From Acidobacteriota bacterium (GTDB taxonomy: Bacteria > Acidobacteriota > UBA6911 > RPQK01 > JAJDTT01): 64,000 bases of DNA. A program made the translations under genes and the position numbers. How positions within the stretch are numbered: the stretch's first letter is position 1; the number at the start of each line of letters is the position of its first letter. Positions 47,244-56,133 of the stretch are shown here, one piece after another. The notes beneath the pieces are model-generated. The model was not told where the DNA came from. It worked only from the letters and a program-made list of their open reading frames with translations, and ran no database searches. The stretch lies in the NCBI GenBank assembly GCA_963668095.1, contig OY764083.1, positions 1,521,085 to 1,585,084 on the forward strand. Reading direction: 5' to 3'.

Positions 47244-47550
47244 TCTCACCCGTAGGACCTGCTCGCCGGAGAGACAGGTAGCCCCCTGAGGTGAGCTACC
47301 TGTGTCAGACAGATCGTGTAGAACCGGATTCACAATCCAGGAGTTGTCGTCCAAGACCTTGGGAGCGGAATCTGATTTTCCTGTTTTCGACACATGTTTC
47401 AAGCCCTCGTTTTTGTGTAAGTCGTTTTTTCTCTGTGATTTGTCACCCATAGCATAACAACTGACCATGAAAACACCGGAGCTTGAAAATACCTCCTACT
47501 CCTTATTTCTCAGTAACTTACGAAATTCCGAGTGAGAACTGGACACCTAG

Positions 47551-49320
47551 GAGGCTGTCCGACAACTCGGCATTGAGCGAGTTCCGTCCGTAAAAACGCT
47601 CATGGGCGATGGCCCGTGGCTCCGAATCCCGTTGAATCTCGGGCTCCGAAGCCGAGGGAATCGATTTATTGCTCTAATTTCGGCTCGGAAAGGGCATTCA
47701 GAGGCCGGGTTTTGCCTTTAAATGGCCTGATCCGCCCTTTTTTACGCGAAAGCCGCTCGTTTCCCGAATTCCGGACACACCTCTCCCTGCACCGCCGCAA
47801 GAATGATCTTCTTGAGGTTGTGCGCCGCACAGACGAGTGAGAATTCCCCGGCCACTTTCGCCTTGCCCCGCAACCCGAAACCTCGGAATCCCGAGTTCTT
47901 GATTTGCCCGAACACCGGCTCCACGATGGTCTTGCGACGCGCGTAGATCGCTCGCCCCTCCGGTTTCGACATCCGCTCGTTCATGGCCCGTCGCAACGGC
48001 TCCTGCCCGTCGCTCGTGATCGTGCGGGCCGCTCCTGACTTCGAACGGCAACAGCGACGGTAGTATCGGCAGCCCGCGCACACTTGACGATCGCCCTGAT
48101 ACACTCGCCGTCCCTGGCCATTGCTGCTCTTCAATGTCAGCAACTGCCCGCCGGGACATTCATAGGCGTCCTGCTGCGCGTCGTATCGAAAGTCCGCCTT
48201 CACCAGCCGGCGGTCACTCTCGTCCAGTTCCGTCTTCGCCTTCTTCTCTCCCCGGTCCGTCGCCACGTAGGCTTCCACCTTGCGGTCCGACAGTGCCTGC
48301 AGGTTCGTCCCCGAGTAGTAGCCGTTGTCCAGACTCATCGTCTCCGGCAGATCCCCGGTCGACTCCTGCACCTCATCCAGCGCCGGTTTCACCTCCCGCA
48401 CGCCCGTTGCCTGCTGACTCACGTGCTGTCCCACGATCACCTGAGCCTCGTCGTCCACGCTGATCTGCGGGTTGTAAGCGTACTCGAACGCGCCGTTTTT
48501 CTTCATGATCCGCGCGTCGTGATCCGCGAAGCTGATCTGTTTCTTGTCCTCGATCTCCTGCCCCGGGTGCAACTCCGCCTCCCGCTCTTCCAGCGCCTGC
48601 TTCGCCGCCCGGACCTTCTCCAACCGCTTCTTCTTGTCCTGCAGCTCCTCGGGCAACTCGTAGCCCGTCTCCTCCTGATAGGCTTGATCCTCTTCCTCGT
48701 CGCAACGATCCGCCTGTCGCGTCAGGGCTTCAATCTCCTCGCACAACTCCTGCTCCCGTTGCTTGAGCCGCCCGTAGCTCATCGCCTTGTGCTTCGAGCT
48801 GTTGGCCTTGAACTTCGAGCCGTCCAGGCTCACATGGCCCAGACTCACCAGTCCCATCTCCATTGCCAGCCGCACCGTCTGCTTGAAGCAGGACCGGAAG
48901 AACTCCCCATGGTCCTTGCGGAAATCGCTCAACACCCGGAAGTTCGGGCAGTTCCTCCCGGCGATGTACAGGAACGCCAGATCCTGCCGGCAGCGCTGCT
49001 CGATCTGGCGTGAACTGAACACCCCGTGGCTGTAGGCGTAGATCAGGATCGAGACGAGCTGACGCGCCGCGTAGGCCCGTTGCCCCTGGGGGCTGTACTG
49101 GGCCTCCACCTCCATCGTGTCCAACTGCCGGAACAGATCCCGGTAGAGGAAACAGTCGTGATCCTTCGCCAGCAGGTCAAACACGCTGGCGGGAAACAGT
49201 TGGCTCTGGTAGTGACCATTCGCGTAAGGCTTGAAGCGGGGTAGCATCCGAGACTCTCCTGACGATCCGATGCCCTGATTTTAGGCAGCGTCGGTGACAG
49301 TTCTGTTCTCGGACAGCCTC
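47551..49320 (-). mobile_element. IS1182-family insertion sequence
   Basis: The terminal inverted repeats are GAGGCTGTCCGA at 47551-47562 and its reverse complement at 49309-49320. A single 501-aa transposase lies at 47742-49247 (minus strand). Confidence 0.75.
47742..49247 (-). CDS. IS1182-family DDE transposase
   Basis: LDGSKFKANSSKHKAMSYGRL with a C-terminal Cys cluster and the ...VEPVFGQIKN motif. Confidence 0.8.
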   Translation of the reverse strand: MLPRFKPYANGHYQSQLFPASVFDLLAKDHDCFLYRDLFRQLDTMEVEAQYSPQGQRAYAARQLVSILIYAYSHGVFSSRQIEQRCRQDLAFLYIAGRNCPNFRVLSDFRKDHGEFFRSCFKQTVRLAMEMGLVSLGHVSLDGSKFKANSSKHKAMSYGRLKQREQELCEEIEALTRQADRCDEEEDQAYQEETGYELPEELQDKKKRLEKVRAAKQALEEREAELHPGQEIEDKKQISFADHDARIMKKNGAFEYAYNPQISVDDEAQVIVGQHVSQQATGVREVKPALDEVQESTGDLPETMSLDNGYYSGTNLQALSDRKVEAYVATDRGEKKAKTELDESDRRLVKADFRYDAQQDAYECPGGQLLTLKSSNGQGRRVYQGDRQVCAGCRYYRRCCRSKSGAARTITSDGQEPLRRAMNERMSKPEGRAIYARRKTIVEPVFGQIKNSGFRGFGLRGKAKVAGEFSLVCAAHNLKKIILAAVQGEVCPEFGKRAAFA

Positions 49321-49321
49321 C

Positions 49322-51405
49322 TAGCCCGAGTTTACCACGTTGAACCACAGAATACAGATAAGTTCTTTTGTTTCATAGACATAGAGAAGACAGTCCGTAT
49401 GACCTAACGAGGCTGCGGCAGGGGTTGGATCGCGTGGCTGTCGAGGCCCAGGATTTCGTACATCCGCCGCTGTTCGGCCCCCATCTGCGAGAGCGTCGTC
49501 CTGAGTTCGGGCTCGCTGCCTTCCTCCCGAGCGGGATAGAGCACGTCGACCTCGCGGATTCCGCGGAGCGCGTCCAGCAGTGCGGGAATTGAGTCCTTCA
49601 CGCCGTGGCGGCTCAGTTCCCGCTGCAGCAGCCCGCACAGCATCAGCGCCAGCACGCAGCAGAACACATGCACGGCGATCTTCTGGTCCGTCCAGTGGTA
49701 TTGCGGCCGGATCGCGATACAGTCGCTGTCCTTCAGCTGCCGGAAGGCGCTCTCGACATGATGTTGGGCCCGGTAGCCCCGCACTAACTCGGCGTCGCTC
49801 CAGTCTGCCTGGTCGGTGAACAGCAAGGTCTTGCCCAGCAGCGTGCGCTGCAGATGCTCCCAGGCGCCCCTCTGGAACCGGTAATTCACCTTGGGCAGGC
49901 CGTCCTCCTCACGCACCTGGACGTTGAACAGGTCCCGCATGTGCCGGGCCCGCAGCCAGCCGTCGACCTTCTTGCGCGTGGTGGCGACGCCCGGCTTGCG
50001 CCCCCCGCGGATCTTGCCGTCGCGCCAGCGGCGCAACCGTTGCTGCAGCGCCCGCAGGTGCTGGCGCCGCTTCGCGATCTCGCGCAGCAGCGTCCGGCAC
50101 TGGGCGTCGAACAGCGCCTGGTTCCAGATCACCAGCACCGTGCGCTCGACGCCGAACACCTCGTACTCGGTGCGGTAGACGCGCACGCCGGTCAACCCGT
50201 CGGCCTCCAGCGAGCGCATCTCGTCGGCCGCCACGGCCAGCAGGTTCGGGTGCTGGGTCGGCACCAGCGAGCCGATGAAGTGGAAGGGGCCGCGCTCGAC
50301 CCAGTCCAGGTTCTCGCGCGAGTTGTTGCCCTTGTCGAAGACCAAGGTGACCGTCTCGGCGCCGACGGCGATCTCCTGGTAGCGCCGCGCCAAGTCGGCG
50401 GCGAGGCTCTGGAACAGCGGCGCATCGGGCCGGTTGCCGGGATAGGTGCGATGCAGCAGGGGCAGGCGGAAGTCGGCCGTGACCAGCAGCGCCACGCCGA
50501 TGATGCGCAACGACCTGCGGCCCTCCTTGCTGTGGCCTCGCTGGGCCAGTTGGGAGCGCTCGTTGAAGGAATCGATGTAGGTGAAGAAGTTGGTGGCGTC
50601 AAACAGCACCTGGCGCAGATCGAGGTCGAACTCGCGGGTCATGGCGGTCACGATGTCGCGTTCGATGGCCGGGATCGCAGAGACGGGGATGCGGTGCATG
50701 TGGTCCCAGAAGCGCTGGCTGGTGAGCTGGCGGGAGCGCAGGGGGAGCAGGCGGGTGAGGGCGGTGGAATCGAACCAGCGGGCGAGGCTGGCCTTGGAGC
50801 CGGGGGCGAGGCAGCGGTTGAGGACGGCGGCGAGCAGGTAGTGGCCGACGGAGGGGCCGGAGCCGCGCTTGGGGACATGGCGGTCGATGTGCTCGACGAG
50901 CCGCAGGCGGCGGGCGAGGGTGAGCAGGGCGGCGGAGGCGCCGAACTCGCGCACGACGGCCTCCCGAGGCTGGGCGGGGACGGGTCCGGCCCGGAGTTTC
51001 TCGAGGATCTTGTCGGCGCGGCCGAGATAGGTCTGGGAGACGATCTTGGGCTTGCCGTCGACGCGCTTGCAGACCCGGGCGTAGTAGTAGGGGTGGCCCC
51101 GGATGATCTTCTTGACGAGGCTGGCCATATAGTTAGGTCATACATTAGCGAAGAGAGAGGCGCGAGTCAAGGTCCATCGTCTGAAATAAAAAGATTTTCC
51201 CCTTGGATCAGATAGATACTTCCACACCATACTTGTCCAAGACCAATATGTGTTAGGTCATACACACGCGGAATTCAGTCATCCGGAAGGATCAATCGGA
51301 CAGGGTGGATAAACTCTTTCCTATCAGTAACTTGAAGATGAGAAATCGGTCAGCCCATGCACTGGGGCAGTGCTATGCTGACGCGAACACGGTAAACTCG
51401 GGCTA
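49322..51405 (-). mobile_element. IS1634-family insertion sequence, copy 1 (2084 bp)
   Basis: The terminal inverted repeats are TAGCCCGAGTTTACC(A/G)(C/T)GTT. It is identical to the copy at 58267-60350 (inverted) except for one base in the terminal inverted repeat. Confidence 0.8.
49404..51128 (-). CDS. IS1634-family transposase
   Basis: 574 aa starting ...KIIRGHPYYYARVCKRVDGKPKIV, with a DDE domain. Confidence 0.8.
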   Translation of the reverse strand: MASLVKKIIRGHPYYYARVCKRVDGKPKIVSQTYLGRADKILEKLRAGPVPAQPREAVVREFGASAALLTLARRLRLVEHIDRHVPKRGSGPSVGHYLLAAVLNRCLAPGSKASLARWFDSTALTRLLPLRSRQLTSQRFWDHMHRIPVSAIPAIERDIVTAMTREFDLDLRQVLFDATNFFTYIDSFNERSQLAQRGHSKEGRRSLRIIGVALLVTADFRLPLLHRTYPGNRPDAPLFQSLAADLARRYQEIAVGAETVTLVFDKGNNSRENLDWVERGPFHFIGSLVPTQHPNLLAVAADEMRSLEADGLTGVRVYRTEYEVFGVERTVLVIWNQALFDAQCRTLLREIAKRRQHLRALQQRLRRWRDGKIRGGRKPGVATTRKKVDGWLRARHMRDLFNVQVREEDGLPKVNYRFQRGAWEHLQRTLLGKTLLFTDQADWSDAELVRGYRAQHHVESAFRQLKDSDCIAIRPQYHWTDQKIAVHVFCCVLALMLCGLLQRELSRHGVKDSIPALLDALRGIREVDVLYPAREEGSEPELRTTLSQMGAEQRRMYEILGLDSHAIQPLPQPR

Positions 51406-51477
51406 AAGCTTCTACGGGTTTATTGGAAATGCCCAGATCTGCAACTGTATGCCACAAGGGGCCAGGTTCAGCACGGA

Positions 51478-53496
51478 GTGGATATCGTTGACCTAAGTGG
51501 CCAAGAGCCCCTGCGTGCTGCTCAGTGTAAGCTGCACGAAGAAGGGAAAGTGACGAAACGATCAGAGGTTAAGAAAGAGATCGAGAAGGCACTGGGATTC
51601 CATCCTGCCATTGGCCGATACGTAATCATGACCACCGGAAAGGTCCGGAGAGAAGTACATGACTTACAGTTGGAGATCAATCGAAAACACAGGGAAAAGA
51701 ACCTTTTCATCGTAGAAGTGTTGGATTGGTGTTCCATTGAGGAACTTCTCAATGAATACACGAGCGTTCGCGATTGGTACGAGGGTGACCCATCAGTCGC
51801 GGCCGCCAAAAGGGTCGAGTCGAAGATAGATGATCTGCGTGAGTTGCTTGAGATGAGTTCCGGTCCAGGTCGCGGCGACGACAACCAGGACAGATTTCAC
51901 GCTATGATTGATGAAGCACGAAGTTACCTCGATAAACACGACTACCAGATAGCGAAGCTTCTGCTGAAGCGAATCAAAGTTCAATGTTGGGACAAGCTTA
52001 ACGCACGGCATAAGTTTAGAGTGTTAACCAACCTTGCGGTTGTTGAGTTGTCAGCTGATAACCCCAAGGGAGCGGCTGAGTTGTTTCTCAATGCAAAAAA
52101 ATACCAGCCTGCTGACAAAACAGCTCGGACCAACGAAGCACGGAGCTGTCTGATATTGGGGCAACGTGAGCGAGCCTTTGAGCTTGCCGACAAGCTAAAA
52201 GACGAATTCCCTCGCTCCAAGCAGATATTGGGAATCTTTATTCAAAGTGCACCTGATTCAATGCCACTGGAATCGTTCGAAGAATCGGTGCCTCAAGACT
52301 TGCTTGGTGAGGAAGAAGTGGCCGTCGCCTTAACGTACCGGGCACTCGATTCCAACGAGTTGGCAAAAGCTGAGACTTTTATCAGATCTGCGACAGGTGG
52401 TAATAGTCACACGTCGATGACGTGGCTATTGCTCGGTCGGATTATCCTTCAGTCGGAAATATCACAGAACTATCAGAGGCATGGAACGGGAGCCCTAGTT
52501 TGTGACCAAGATAGGCTTCATGAAGCTGAAGATGCCCTTGGACAAGCTCTCATGTGGGCCGGGAAAGAGCGGTCCACTTCCGCGACGGTAGAAGCGTTAC
52601 TTAACAGAAGTCGGACTAGATTCTTGTTGGACAAGAATGCAGAAGCCCGTAAGGACTTAGTGGAGGCTCGAAGGATCGCTCCAGAAAATTCACTCGTCAT
52701 CGAAACCTATGGCGAATCGCTTAGGTTTGAGGGAAAAACTGATGACGCGATCGAGTACATGCGTCGCTTAGGGCAAGAGAAATTGTCCGATCATGGTCGA
52801 CTAATGCTGGGGATGCTTCTTATTGAGCGTGGACGTTCCGGTGATCACCGAAGTGCTGCAGACTTGTTTAGTCGAGTGGCGAAAAGTGAGGCCAAGCTGC
52901 CAGAGGATTTCCGCGAGAACGCCATTGAGGTTGGACTTCAGGCTTTCGCGAGCCAGAGGAAATTCGACGCAGGCCAAAAGCTGTTGGAAAAAGTTCCTGA
53001 GGGGACTATTTCTGATGTCTGCTTGAAGACTCTGGTAGCAAGGCTCTATTTGTTGGAAGGTCGGCAAGAAGATGCTTCACAGTTTGCGGACCAAGCTCTT
53101 GACATAATAAGCGATGTAACGTCGATATTTGACGTTCGTCGGATTGCCCGATTGTTGTCTGACTTAGGACGCTTCAACGACGCACTTCCTCTTTGGCAGC
53201 GAACTTCTGTCCCAAGTGTACTAAGCGAGGATACGATGCGCCTGTTGGAATGCGCCAGTCGCCTCAACAGGCATGAAGTCATGCTCGATACGTTCGAAAA
53301 ACTGCGTGATGGGAGAGCAATTGACCGAACGCTACTCGACACCGAGCTTTCTCTGCTCGAAAGATATGATACCGAAGCTGCGATAAAGATTCTTGAGAAA
53401 GAAATTAACCAGCGACCGGACGATACAGAGCTCAAATTAAGGGGATTATATACCAAACTAGCCAAAAACTGTCATAGGTTTCTGGTACAATCCTAG
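51478..53496 (+). CDS. TPR-repeat protein with N-terminal PD-(D/E)xK-like remnant, probably N-terminally truncated by IS1634
   Basis: The reading frame stays open upstream into the IS right end, with no ATG, so the only start is a GTG at 51478. The N-terminus has VDLSG...AAQCK and the rest is TPR-like helical repeats. Local GC is about 50%. Confidence 0.45.
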   Translation: MDIVDLSGQEPLRAAQCKLHEEGKVTKRSEVKKEIEKALGFHPAIGRYVIMTTGKVRREVHDLQLEINRKHREKNLFIVEVLDWCSIEELLNEYTSVRDWYEGDPSVAAAKRVESKIDDLRELLEMSSGPGRGDDNQDRFHAMIDEARSYLDKHDYQIAKLLLKRIKVQCWDKLNARHKFRVLTNLAVVELSADNPKGAAELFLNAKKYQPADKTARTNEARSCLILGQRERAFELADKLKDEFPRSKQILGIFIQSAPDSMPLESFEESVPQDLLGEEEVAVALTYRALDSNELAKAETFIRSATGGNSHTSMTWLLLGRIILQSEISQNYQRHGTGALVCDQDRLHEAEDALGQALMWAGKERSTSATVEALLNRSRTRFLLDKNAEARKDLVEARRIAPENSLVIETYGESLRFEGKTDDAIEYMRRLGQEKLSDHGRLMLGMLLIERGRSGDHRSAADLFSRVAKSEAKLPEDFRENAIEVGLQAFASQRKFDAGQKLLEKVPEGTISDVCLKTLVARLYLLEGRQEDASQFADQALDIISDVTSIFDVRRIARLLSDLGRFNDALPLWQRTSVPSVLSEDTMRLLECASRLNRHEVMLDTFEKLRDGRAIDRTLLDTELSLLERYDTEAAIKILEKEINQRPDDTELKLRGLYTKLAKNCHRFLVQS

Positions 53497-53498
53497 CC

Positions 53499-54485
53499 AT
53501 GATGAGAGAACGCAAGAGCAAGAAAGCACCGGGAAAGCATCACAGGGAAGGGCTGACCATCATCCAATTGCTCAAGCTGTTCCCCGACGATTCCACGGCT
53601 GAGAGGTGGTTCGAGAAACAGCGGTGGCCGGAAGAGCGGTGCTGCCCGGACTGCGGCTCAGTCAACACGATGGCAACCAAGAACCGGAAGCCGATGCCCT
53701 ACCGCTGCCGGGACTGCCGACGCCATTTCAGCGTCCGCAAGGGCATGGTGATGCAGTCCTCCAAGATCGGCTACCAGAAGTGGGCCATCGCCATCTACAT
53801 GATGACCACGGGGCTCAAGGGAGTTTCTTCTATGAAGCTCTACCGCGAGTTGGGCATCACGCAAAAGACCGCCTGGTATCTCATGCAGCGAATCCGTGAG
53901 GGGTTCTTCGGGAACGCTGGCAACTTCACCGGCCCAGTCGAGGTTGACGAGACTTATATGGGCGGCAAGCGTCGCAACATGAGCAACGCCAAGCGCAAGG
54001 CGTTGGCTGGAACTGGGCGCGGCTCCGTTGGCAAGACGACTGTCGTGGGAGCCAAGGACCGATCCACCAAGCGGGTTGCGGCGAAGGTTGTCCCTGACAC
54101 CAAGGCCAAGACTCTCCAGGGTTTCGTCCACGATCACACCCGGCCGGGAGCGAAGGTCTACACGGATGATTCCTCGTCCTACGTCTCGCTGAGCAACCAC
54201 GAAAGCGTGAAGCACACCGTCCAGGAGTTCGTCCGGGGCGATGTCCACACCAACGGCGTGGAAAGCCTCTGGTCCATGCTCAAGCGCGGCTACGTCGGGA
54301 CCTACCACAAGATGAGCCCCAAGCACCTGGACCGCTACGTCCGGGAGTTCGCCGGCCGTCAGAACATCCGAGAGTTCGACACCCTGACCCAAATGGCGAT
54401 CATCGCCAAGGGTCTGGATCACACCATCCTCCACTACCGGGACCTAATCGCCGATAACGGCCTTTCGTCCGGTGCCAGAGAGTAG
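53499..54485 (+). CDS. IS1595-family (ISXO2-like) transposase
   Basis: An N-terminal zinc ribbon (CPDCGS...CRDCRRHF) and DDE_Tnp_IS1595 motifs (VEVDETYMGG). Confidence 0.8.
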   Translation: MMRERKSKKAPGKHHREGLTIIQLLKLFPDDSTAERWFEKQRWPEERCCPDCGSVNTMATKNRKPMPYRCRDCRRHFSVRKGMVMQSSKIGYQKWAIAIYMMTTGLKGVSSMKLYRELGITQKTAWYLMQRIREGFFGNAGNFTGPVEVDETYMGGKRRNMSNAKRKALAGTGRGSVGKTTVVGAKDRSTKRVAAKVVPDTKAKTLQGFVHDHTRPGAKVYTDDSSSYVSLSNHESVKHTVQEFVRGDVHTNGVESLWSMLKRGYVGTYHKMSPKHLDRYVREFAGRQNIREFDTLTQMAIIAKGLDHTILHYRDLIADNGLSSGARE

Positions 54486-54565
54486 CAGAGGAAAAGCTGT
54501 GGAGAATCCTTTGGGAATCCTGTTAAGTTCTTGTTTCTCAACTGTTTACGGGGGTTTTTGTTGCA

Positions 54566-55219
54566 ATGCCGAGTCTAGCAGCCTACTCTGACGCCGTGTC
54601 ACCGGCTGATGACCTATCCAGCTATCTGCACGGACGTAGGTTCGGGACCATTTTGGCCGATCCGCCGTGGAGGTTCATGAATCGGACGGGCAAGGTAGCC
54701 CCGGAGCACCGACGCCTGTCTCGCTACCAAACGCTCTCGTTTGAAGAAATCGAGGGTCTTCCGGTTCAGAACCACTTGGCGGACGTCGCTCACTGCTATC
54801 TGTGGGTTCCAAACGCGCTTCTCCCTCACGGCCTCCAGACTCTCCGCGCTTGGGGTTTCCAGTACAAGACGAATCTGATCTGGTTCAAAATTCGCAAGGA
54901 TGGCGGACCCGATGGGCGTGGCGTTGGTTTCTACTTCCGCAACGTGACGGAAGTGATCCTGTTCGGGGTCCGGGGAAAACACGCCCGAACTCTGGCCCCA
55001 GGCCGCCGTCAGGTCAATCTCATTGCATCCCGGAAGCGGGAGCATTCTCGGAAGCCTGATGAGCAGTATGACGTCATTGAAAGTTGCAGCAGGGGTCCGT
55101 ATCTGGAGTTGTTTGGCCGGGGAATCAGGGATAATTGGACGGTCTGGGGGAATCAGGCCAAAGACGATTATTCTCCCGCTTGGCCGACCTATGCCCACAA
55201 CTCCACCAATGCTGTCTGA
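54566..55219 (+). CDS. MT-A70-family DNA N6-adenine methyltransferase
   Basis: The DPPW motif (ILADPPWRF) and an MT-A70 fold over 217 aa. Confidence 0.8.
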   Translation: MPSLAAYSDAVSPADDLSSYLHGRRFGTILADPPWRFMNRTGKVAPEHRRLSRYQTLSFEEIEGLPVQNHLADVAHCYLWVPNALLPHGLQTLRAWGFQYKTNLIWFKIRKDGGPDGRGVGFYFRNVTEVILFGVRGKHARTLAPGRRQVNLIASRKREHSRKPDEQYDVIESCSRGPYLELFGRGIRDNWTVWGNQAKDDYSPAWPTYAHNSTNAV

Positions 55220-55934
55220 CTTGAGGAGTGTCGGTTTTGATGTCCAGACAGAGAACCACGCTACAGCTATCCTCACTCGGGACTTCCCGATTCCGTTTCG
55301 GGAAATCTGCGAGGTTCTGTTGGAATTCAGGATTGCGGACGTGGAATTGATCCGTGGGGGTGGGGGAGAATCCGCTCCGACTCAACGACTGAGGCGAGCG
55401 CTCACAATCCGGGGATGGACCAAGCGAAACATCGTTATCCGCAAGACCGTAGACGGCGAAGAGCGGTCTTCCATGACGCATGAAATAGACCACGTTCGAC
55501 AGACTCCTAACGGCTCTGTGGCCTTGGAAATCGAATGGAATAACAAGGATCCGTTCTTTGATCGAGATCTAGAGAATTTCCATCGCTTGCATAGTGAGGG
55601 GGCAATTAGCGTTGGTGTGATTGTGACGCGGGGGCGGTCGCTTCAGGACGATCTGGAAAGGATTGTCCTCCGGTGCGCGCAGAATCATCAAGTGCAAGAC
55701 TTCGATGATTTGTCATCGCTTTTTGGATTGAATCCGACCATACGGCAGAGACGTAGCGTCCGGTCTGTTGGGGATGATTTCTCCCGTGAATGGGCGCGGA
55801 TGTTCGTCCGGGATAAATTCGGTTCCTCCACAACCCATTGGGTGAAACTCCAGGATCGGATAGATCGGGGTGTTGGGAGTCCCTGCCCATTGGTCCTAAT
55901 CGGAATTCCCGACAAAGCTGTCCATGAGGAGTGA
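55209..55934 (+). CDS. putative type II restriction endonuclease (PD-(D/E)xK-like), partner of the MT-A70 MTase
   Basis: An 11-nt overlap with the methyltransferase gene. A candidate active site THEIDH...ALEIEWNNK gives a D...ExE/K layout. No family is recognised with confidence. Confidence 0.35.
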   Translation: MLSDLRSVGFDVQTENHATAILTRDFPIPFREICEVLLEFRIADVELIRGGGGESAPTQRLRRALTIRGWTKRNIVIRKTVDGEERSSMTHEIDHVRQTPNGSVALEIEWNNKDPFFDRDLENFHRLHSEGAISVGVIVTRGRSLQDDLERIVLRCAQNHQVQDFDDLSSLFGLNPTIRQRRSVRSVGDDFSREWARMFVRDKFGSSTTHWVKLQDRIDRGVGSPCPLVLIGIPDKAVHEE

Positions 55935-56084
55935 ATGAAGGATAAGAAACGGACGAAAAAGCCGGGAAGACCCAAGACCCGGATCATCAAGTTGGACGCG
56001 ACGCCGGAGGAAGTGGCCAAGCGGATGTTCGCCAACTCGAAGCCGCCAGACCCGTCTATCCGCGTCAGGAACCGGCCCGACTAA
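55935..56084 (+). CDS. small basic ORF (49 aa), hypothetical
   Basis: Its ATG overlaps the upstream stop (TGAATG). The sequence is lysine/arginine-rich (MKDKKRTKKPGRPKTR...). It is not in the ORF track because it is under 60 aa. Confidence 0.25.
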   Translation: MKDKKRTKKPGRPKTRIIKLDATPEEVAKRMFANSKPPDPSIRVRNRPD

Positions 56085-56133
56085 CAGGGGCTTTGGCTAG
56101 TTTGGTATATAATCCCCCAAATTAAGGCGTTCA

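Noticed and set aside
47616-47840. 74-aa plus-strand ORF inside the IS1182 element
   Set aside because: It lies within the terminal inverted repeat and non-coding end of the IS and overlaps the transposase 3' end on the opposite strand. It has no motif support.
55023-55208. N-terminal extension of the putative REase ORF (ORF-track start 55023)
   Set aside because: The extension overlaps the last 60 codons of the MT-A70 gene in another frame. An internal ATG at 55209 with an 11-nt overlap is the more plausible start.
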